From positions 6,760-70,759 of IMG/VR virus record IMGVR_UViG_3300025151_008080: 64,000 nucleotides of DNA. One strand, given 5' to 3'. A program made the position numbers and the translations under genes. This document shows, in pieces, positions 58,207 through 64,000 of the stretch. Position 1 is the stretch's first letter. Each line of letters starts with the position of its first letter. The stretch comes from a virus. The notes under the pieces are model-generated. The model was not told the DNA's origin and did no database searches. It saw only the letters and a list, made by a program, of their open reading frames with translations.

Positions 58207-58411
58207 TCAAGATAACTCAAAACTAGCACGATGGATGTGCTTGTATGAAGCGGTTAACATTATATCTGAAAAAGCAGAAAAAATGGGATACGAAAAAGAC
58301 TGCTTAAAACCTATTCCAATTAGCAAGTATATAACAGAGAGATATCCTTCTGTATTAAAAGAGATCGAATACGAGCAGACTAATAATAGTCTCCATACAC
58401 ATCATCATTAG
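58196..58411 (+). CDS. Small hypothetical protein
   Basis: 71 aa, coupled to the upstream gene. Confidence 0.55.
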   Translation: MTSNQDNSKLARWMCLYEAVNIISEKAEKMGYEKDCLKPIPISKYITERYPSVLKEIEYEQTNNSLHTHHH

Positions 58412-59108
58412 TACCGTAATCAAAATATGTTGATTGTTCAGTATCTAAATCATTGATATAATCAGTTTCTAAGTTATCGACTAAACCTACACCAGAAGTG
58501 TCTGATACCTGTGTAGAGTTTTCCTCTGGAGAAAGACCGGGAGTAAACGTATGATCATTTCTACGAGCTCGTAGTCTAAAAACATAATGACCTTGAAGCT
58601 GATTTATCTCATCTACTTTCTGATCTAACCGTTCAGTTATTTCAAATATTTTACCATCACCTAGAGGTCTATCTAAAGACCCGAATTCGGTTAATTGAAA
58701 TACATCTCCTGCTTTTGGAAATGTTGCAGAAGCTGCATCATAGTAAGAGGATAAATTTTGTTGGAAAGTTTCAATGTCTATTATTGCGGTAATCTCATCA
58801 TCAGACATTAAACCAAACTCTGAATAAGTTATATTACCATCACTTAAATCTATTAACATTACAAATGTAGCTTTAGGGTGATACCCTGCATGAGTATTTT
58901 CACCGTATACTTTATCTGTAGCGCTTAACGCAAAGTTCCTAGCATAATAATCTATCTGAGAACCATATAATCTAATTTGTTCTTTCCACCAGATTTTATA
59001 AGTAAGAGCTCTTTCATTTACGTTATCTGCTTTTTTATTAAAACGGTCTGTCTCAGCTCCGCTAAAATAATTTATAGCACTAACACTAGATGTAAGATAT
59101 CCTGGCAT
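58380..59108 (-). CDS. Neck protein gp14-like
   Basis: EQIRLYG..IDY, D.VYGE, FGL..DDEIT, PKAGDV and FEIT. Confidence 0.75.
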   Translation of the reverse strand: MPGYLTSSVSAINYFSGAETDRFNKKADNVNERALTYKIWWKEQIRLYGSQIDYYARNFALSATDKVYGENTHAGYHPKATFVMLIDLSDGNITYSEFGLMSDDEITAIIDIETFQQNLSSYYDAASATFPKAGDVFQLTEFGSLDRPLGDGKIFEITERLDQKVDEINQLQGHYVFRLRARRNDHTFTPGLSPEENSTQVSDTSGVGLVDNLETDYINDLDTEQSTYFDYGTNDDVYGDYY

Positions 59109-59440
59109 TACTTTTTAATATAATAATTGTTATCTTTTACAAACATCGTAATACCAGTATTACCTAAATTACGACTACCTCTTTGTTCTAAGTCAGTTAT
59201 ATGAAAGAGATTCTTTATTGTCTCTGCTTCTTTGGAAGTAAGCAAAGACATACCGGCTGGTTTGTTCTTTAATTGAGTTAAACAAGGAGGATAGTTGGGG
59301 TCTGTTTTGTTAGACTTAGCTAACAAATTCATATGCTTACGTCCAGTAGAACCAGTAGACCCTTGCATATGCCTTTTATTTAAGACATTTCTTGTACCTT
59401 CAGGTTTCTTTAGAATTTCTAGAAATAACTTCTTAAACAT
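59108..59440 (-). CDS. Hypothetical basic late protein
   Basis: 110 aa; TAAATA 6 nt upstream. Confidence 0.6.
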   Translation of the reverse strand: MFKKLFLEILKKPEGTRNVLNKRHMQGSTGSTGRKHMNLLAKSNKTDPNYPPCLTQLKNKPAGMSLLTSKEAETIKNLFHITDLEQRGSRNLGNTGITMFVKDNNYYIKK

Positions 59441-59454
59441 TATAATTATTTAAT

Positions 59455-59483
59455 AAAAAAGACCTCCTGCTACGCAAGAGGCC
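59455..59483 (-). terminator. Intrinsic terminator
   Basis: Minus strand GGCCTCTTGC-GTA-GCAGGAGGTC-TTTTTT (stem with two G-U pairs). Confidence 0.75.
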
Positions 59484-59511
59484 TTCCTTAAAGGTATTTT
59501 TTTATTTGCTA

Positions 59512-60420
59512 TTATGCTTTAGCTTCTTTACCTGCTTTAGGGTGATGACCAGGTTTCTTACCTTCTCCTGTGTCTTTTGAACCTTCTTCATCAGTAACAC
59601 TTGCATCTCCAGTACCAGAAGACTTACCACCTAAACTATCAGCGGCAGGTTCAGTTGTTTTACCACCTCCATCAGATGGATCATGACCAGGTTTAGAACC
59701 GTCTTTAGTGTGAGTTGTTTCTTCCTCTAAACCATCAAAAGCTTCTTCTGCTTCTTCTTCGCCCTCTTCTTCACCAGCAGCTTCTTCCTCGTCGTCTCCA
59801 TCTAACTGGCTCATAATTGCTTTAAGGGCATCGACTTGGTCTCCGGTAAGAGTAATAGTAACGTCACCGCCACCTTCTTCTTCACCACCAACATCATCGC
59901 CTAAATCGAGACCGTCGTCTTCACCGGGTAAACCGAGCTCGAAATCATCTGCTTCACCCATTACACTTTCGTATAGCTTATCGAATATTGTTTTATCACT
60001 TGACATAATAGTACCTTTGTTAGAAATATTTATACTTTCTTTCTTAATTTTTTTGGTTTTTTTCTTTTCTTTTTCCTCTAAATCTTCTGATTCAACTGGT
60101 TCTTGGAGCTGATCTTCTGTTTCTCCTACAGAAGCTATAATTTCTTTCGAGTCTACTTCATCTTTAGGTCTCTGATCATCTTCTAAATAAACTGGATATG
60201 GGCCGTCGAGCTTAGAGACAATATCTTCAATTTTTTTCTTTAACATTTTTTTATAAGCATCTACGCTTCCATAATTCTTTTTAGCGAACCCTTCATCAGG
60301 GTTGTCGTATAATTTTTTGAGATCTTCAATGTTTTTACGCATTTCATTTTGTTCATCACTTTCATTAATGATACGATCGCTATACAAATCATTTAATTGT
60401 TTATAATCTGAACCAGTCAT
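59512..60420 (-). CDS. Highly acidic low-complexity late protein (possible prohead core/internal protein)
   Basis: 302 aa, Glu/Asp/Gly-rich; KPGH.P occurs twice; late box upstream and terminator downstream. Confidence 0.55.
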   Translation of the reverse strand: MTGSDYKQLNDLYSDRIINESDEQNEMRKNIEDLKKLYDNPDEGFAKKNYGSVDAYKKMLKKKIEDIVSKLDGPYPVYLEDDQRPKDEVDSKEIIASVGETEDQLQEPVESEDLEEKEKKKTKKIKKESINISNKGTIMSSDKTIFDKLYESVMGEADDFELGLPGEDDGLDLGDDVGGEEEGGGDVTITLTGDQVDALKAIMSQLDGDDEEEAAGEEEGEEEAEEAFDGLEEETTHTKDGSKPGHDPSDGGGKTTEPAADSLGGKSSGTGDASVTDEEGSKDTGEGKKPGHHPKAGKEAKA

Positions 60421-60434
60421 GTAAATATTTATTT
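60421..60434. promoter_or_regulatory. Overlapping divergent late promoter boxes (TAAATA on both strands)
   Basis: 14-nt gap GTAAATATTTATTT: plus strand TAAATA-N7-ATG (terminase), minus strand TAAATA-N5-ATG. Confidence 0.7.
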
Positions 60435-62141
60435 ATGCCGCGACAAAAAAAAGAAGAGAAGTTTTATTTAGGAAATAAAGATTTACCTAACGCGAATATG
60501 GAGTTTGAATGGACTCCTGAAATGGTAAAGACTTTAAAGAAAGCGAAACAAAATATTTTATATTTCGCAGAAAACTTTTTTTATATTGTTAACCTGGATC
60601 GTGGTAAAATAAAAATTGAATTATACGCCTGTCAAAAACGTGTTTTACGTAGTTTAAGAGATAATAGATTTGTTGCTTGTTTAGCTTCTAGACAAACTGG
60701 AAAAACAACAATGATGACAATTTATGCACTTTGGATCGCATGTTTTCAAGATGATCAACGTATATTAATTGTAGCTAACAAAGAGCAAACTGCTATTAAT
60801 ATATTCTCACGTGTACGTACAGCATATGAAAAGCTACCTAATTATCTTAAACCTGGTGTACTTGAATACGGTAAAACGTCAATGAAATTAGCGAATGGTA
60901 GTAGTATTGGTATTAGTACTACAAGCTCAGATGCTGGTCGTGGTGATTCATGTAATGTATTAATTCTTGACGAGCTTGCTTTTATACCTAATAACTTAGT
61001 AGATAATTTCTGGAAGTCCGTATACCCGATTATTTCTAGTTCGAAGAAATCTAAAATATTTGTCGCCTCAACCCCAAACGGCAGTAATAATCTCTTTTAT
61101 AATTTATATACTGATGCAGATAATGAAAAGAGTAATTGGAAAGCAGAGAAAATATTATGGGATGAAATACCAGGTCGTGACGAAAAATGGAAACAAGATA
61201 CTATAAGATCAATAGGTAGTGAGGAAGCATTTGCGCAAGAGTTTGAATGTAAGTTTTTAGATACAGGGGATTCTTTTATTGATGAAGTATTTTATGCTAA
61301 GTTAGCTAGCAACACCGCAGAACCAAAACATTTATTTGATGATGGTTGTTACAGTATATGGGATGAACCAAACAAAGAACATATATACACTATAGGTGTA
61401 GATGTTGCAGAAGGAGTACAACAAAACTCAAGCGTAATACAAGTCTTAGATATTACAGATTTACAAGATATAAAACAAGTAGCTGAATACGCAAGTAATC
61501 AGATTAATCCTTTTGAATTTACTACAAAGGTAAGAGATATTTGTTACCATTGGGGTACCCCTCCAGTACTTATAGAAAGAAATAATTGCGGTAGTCAAGT
61601 AGTAGATAACTTATTTCACCAATACAATTATAGAAATATTGTAAATTGGTCTCCTAAAGTAGGTCAAGTAAAGTTTGATAGATTAGGAGTATATGCTCAT
61701 ACTAATACAAAGTATAAAGGTATAACTAACATGCGATATTGGGTTAACGAATTAAAGTGTGTTGAGTTAAGATCTAAGCAAGCTGTAGAAGAATTAAAAA
61801 ACTTTATACGCTACCCTAACGGTTCGTGGGCAGCAGCACCTGGTTTTGAAAATGATGATAGAGTTATGGCTTTAGTTTGGGCATTATTAATTTTAGAAAA
61901 CTCTATTGTACAAAAATATTATGATGTGATAGAAATAGACTCTAATCAACGCCCTTCTAAATTAGAATTAGGAGCTTACGTTGATCAAAAGTTCAGTAAT
62001 TTCTTACAAGATTATAAATTACAAAATATAGATGACTCGTGGAATCCTCATCCAGTTTATTTTGAAGATATAAATATATTTGGAGACAACGAGCTTTCTG
62101 ATGTAGATAAATTAGAAGCAGAAGGTTGGACTAGATTATGA
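60435..62141 (+). CDS. Terminase large subunit gp17
   Basis: YLGN, SRQTGKT, LILDE.AF, STPNG, QEFEC.F, GVDVAEG and DDRVMAL. Confidence 0.96.
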   Translation: MPRQKKEEKFYLGNKDLPNANMEFEWTPEMVKTLKKAKQNILYFAENFFYIVNLDRGKIKIELYACQKRVLRSLRDNRFVACLASRQTGKTTMMTIYALWIACFQDDQRILIVANKEQTAINIFSRVRTAYEKLPNYLKPGVLEYGKTSMKLANGSSIGISTTSSDAGRGDSCNVLILDELAFIPNNLVDNFWKSVYPIISSSKKSKIFVASTPNGSNNLFYNLYTDADNEKSNWKAEKILWDEIPGRDEKWKQDTIRSIGSEEAFAQEFECKFLDTGDSFIDEVFYAKLASNTAEPKHLFDDGCYSIWDEPNKEHIYTIGVDVAEGVQQNSSVIQVLDITDLQDIKQVAEYASNQINPFEFTTKVRDICYHWGTPPVLIERNNCGSQVVDNLFHQYNYRNIVNWSPKVGQVKFDRLGVYAHTNTKYKGITNMRYWVNELKCVELRSKQAVEELKNFIRYPNGSWAAAPGFENDDRVMALVWALLILENSIVQKYYDVIEIDSNQRPSKLELGAYVDQKFSNFLQDYKLQNIDDSWNPHPVYFEDINIFGDNELSDVDKLEAEGWTRL

Positions 62142-62707
62142 AGCAAGCACCGCTAAACAAAAACAGACAAGATAAATTTATCTTAATTTTAAACCTCCCG
62201 GAAGGTATTAAGAATATAAGAGATAATGTTACCCGAAACACAAATAAGCTAAGCGATAACAGTTTCGAAATGAGTATCGCGGGTGCGGTAACACCTTCTG
62301 TTAGTGTACCCGAACAAACCCTTAACTACGGTTCGCAAAGCATTAAAGTTAGTTCTCACGCAAGAACCCCATATTCCTCCTTAGATATTACCTTTAAAAT
62401 AGATAACGAGTATTCTAACTATTGGGCTATATTTAAATGGCTAGATGTAATAAATGATGTAAAAACTGGAAATGTTAATCAGGATGAGATTATTAAATAT
62501 CCAAAACCGGGGCAACTTTTACCGTTATATTCTTCTAACCTAACAGTTTACGGTCTAGATGAGTACGAAAATAAGAAAATTCAATGGGATTACATTGGCG
62601 CATTCCCAACATCTTTATCTGAAATATCTTGGGATTATACATCAAGCTCAGAAATAGGAGCTTCTGCTACGTTTGAATTTACAAGACTAGAAGTAAAGTT
62701 AATTTAA
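62138..62707 (+). CDS. Tail tube terminator gp3 / tube-fold protein
   Basis: P.VSV, F.IDN.Y.NY..IFKW and AFPTSLSEI.WD...ATFEF. Confidence 0.65.
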   Translation: MKQAPLNKNRQDKFILILNLPEGIKNIRDNVTRNTNKLSDNSFEMSIAGAVTPSVSVPEQTLNYGSQSIKVSSHARTPYSSLDITFKIDNEYSNYWAIFKWLDVINDVKTGNVNQDEIIKYPKPGQLLPLYSSNLTVYGLDEYENKKIQWDYIGAFPTSLSEISWDYTSSSEIGASATFEFTRLEVKLI

Positions 62708-63420
62708 ACTAACCATTTTTTATATGGGGTTGTTCTGAGAAACTCTACCATCTCTGTAAAATTCTCTACCTTATAAGACATTTGTGTATAATTTTGTTTC
62801 GTTGACCCTTCCCAATCAAGTAGTGTTGTATGATTATCTGGTATATTTAAAAAGTTATAAATATCTCTAAAAGCGGTTGTATTAGTAGTGTTAGCGTAAT
62901 CAACAGTAAGTAACGGACCTTCTACTAGTCGTAACGCGAAATCATAAGCTAAATTATCTTTTTTTAAAAAATTAAGAAAACCCTTTTGATCAAATCTCAT
63001 TCTTGTACCATGAAGTTTAGTACCTAACCAGTTTTTTGCTTCTACAGTCGCGACTGCGCTAATTTTATTTGAAATATATCTCTCTAATGGATTTCTAGTA
63101 ATAAGAATTTTTTTAATTTCATTATTTCTTAAAAGTTTTTTGTATAATTTTTCTGTTTCTGGTCGATGGTTACTGAATATAAATTTAAAACCTGTTAAAG
63201 GTTTAGAAGGTAGCTCTTTAGTCTTATTCCATTCTTTCGCTATTTGATTATATATCCTAACTGAATCTTCTGTTTTATATTTTTGTACGTATTCTTCATA
63301 TTTAGGTCTATAAAAATGCTCTAATTCACAATGTATATTAGGATGTAAATCTAACATACAGCATAAAAGAGTTGAACCAGATCTCGACGGCCCGATAATT
63401 ACAAAATCAATTAATTCCAT
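62704..63420 (-). CDS. Sulfotransferase
   Basis: 5'-PSB motif GPSRSGSTLL, HP.I.C..E, GFK and 3'-PB motif RNPLERYIS. Confidence 0.8.
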   Translation of the reverse strand: MELIDFVIIGPSRSGSTLLCCMLDLHPNIHCELEHFYRPKYEEYVQKYKTEDSVRIYNQIAKEWNKTKELPSKPLTGFKFIFSNHRPETEKLYKKLLRNNEIKKILITRNPLERYISNKISAVATVEAKNWLGTKLHGTRMRFDQKGFLNFLKKDNLAYDFALRLVEGPLLTVDYANTTNTTAFRDIYNFLNIPDNHTTLLDWEGSTKQNYTQMSYKVENFTEMVEFLRTTPYKKWLV

Positions 63421-63422
63421 CT

Positions 63423-64000
63423 TTAATCTAAAAAGTAGCTCATTACCATATTTGTCTGATAACTACAACTAGGCATACTATTCTTTATACTTTTAAATTC
63501 GTCGCGAGTTATAAATCCTTGCTTGTATGCTTCTCCCTCTATACAACCAATCATAGTCTGAGTTCTATCCTGAATTGACTTAACATACATAGAAGCTGCA
63601 AATAAATCATCCGGGTTTCCAGTGTCAAACCAAGCGTAATTACTATCTAACTCACTGTAACACAACAAGTTATCGTTTAAATAACTTTTATTTAGATCGG
63701 TAATTTCTAATTCTCCTCTAGCAGATGGAGTAAGGTTTCTAGCTCTTTCTCCAGCAGTTTTATCATAAAAATAAATACCAGTCGCGGCAATATTACTTTT
63801 TGGATCCGTGGGTTTTTCTTCTATTGATTTAACCCCTCTACGGCCGTTAGTGTAATTTGTTTCTATTACACCATAATCACAAGGATTAGATACTCTATAA
63901 CCCACAACATGAGCCCCACATTCTTTTGACCATTTAAATGGTTCTATACCTGTAAAAATATTATCTCCTAAAATTAAACATACATCATCATCTCCTTGCC
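63423..64000 (-). CDS. rmlA: Glucose-1-phosphate thymidylyltransferase (5'-truncated by window edge)
   Basis: The frame stays open to the window end: CLILGDNIF, YGV, EEKP..PKSN.A.TG.YFYD, PSARGELEITD and WFDTG. Confidence 0.93.
   Translation of the reverse strand, partial: QGDDDVCLILGDNIFTGIEPFKWSKECGAHVVGYRVSNPCDYGVIETNYTNGRRGVKSIEEKPTDPKSNIAATGIYFYDKTAGERARNLTPSARGELEITDLNKSYLNDNLLCYSELDSNYAWFDTGNPDDLFAASMYVKSIQDRTQTMIGCIEGEAYKQGFITRDEFKSIKNSMPSCSYQTNMVMSYFLD

Noticed and set aside
1087-58229. Many short ORF-track entries antisense to or nested in long genes (e.g. 1087..1275, 5095..5292, 7026..7322, 24263..24553, 29978..30202, 39167..39430, 42902..43183, 56771..57016, 57966..58229)
   Set aside because: They are shadow frames of well-supported genes, with no motifs or promoter boxes.
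40850-62141. Introns, inteins or homing endonucleases in polymerase, helicase, UvsX or terminase
   Set aside because: The ORFs are continuous and of normal length, with no splicing or endonuclease motifs.
1-64000. Stop-codon reassignment
   Set aside because: Core genes are full length under the standard code, and TAA, TGA and TAG all end genes at sensible positions.

Overview
AT-rich, very gene-dense segment of a large T4-like (myovirus) phage genome, read with the standard genetic code. I saw no tRNA, rRNA, CRISPR array, intron or intein. The T4 core is present but scrambled: neck gp13 (partial), portal gp20, gp15, gp62, a GroES-like chaperonin, UvsY, UvsW, gp55, gp47, gp46, gp43, UvsX, gp41, gp32, a gp45-like clamp, RNase H, gp61, gp14, gp17 and a gp3-like protein. 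A ~19 kb glycan-tailoring island spans 7.9-26.8 kb (GT6, GT8, GT2, GT25, GT32, GT-B, methyltransferases, radical SAM enzymes, a cytidylyltransferase). A complete 7-deazaguanine precursor pathway is encoded (folE2, queD, queE, queC plus a stand-alone class II amidotransferase), but no dpdA/tgt is visible in the window. The best candidate for an undescribed system is sugar-decorated 7-deazaguanine DNA. queC-gat-GT2 sits between uvsX and the helicase, a GT-B enzyme directly precedes the polymerase, NDP-rhamnose genes sit between the clamp and RNase H/primase, and the polymerase has an unusual NRIYG motif B. Separately, nearly every recognisable promoter box lies 5-8 nt from a start codon, which suggests pervasive leaderless mRNAs. 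All family calls come from motif recognition by eye; no searches were run.
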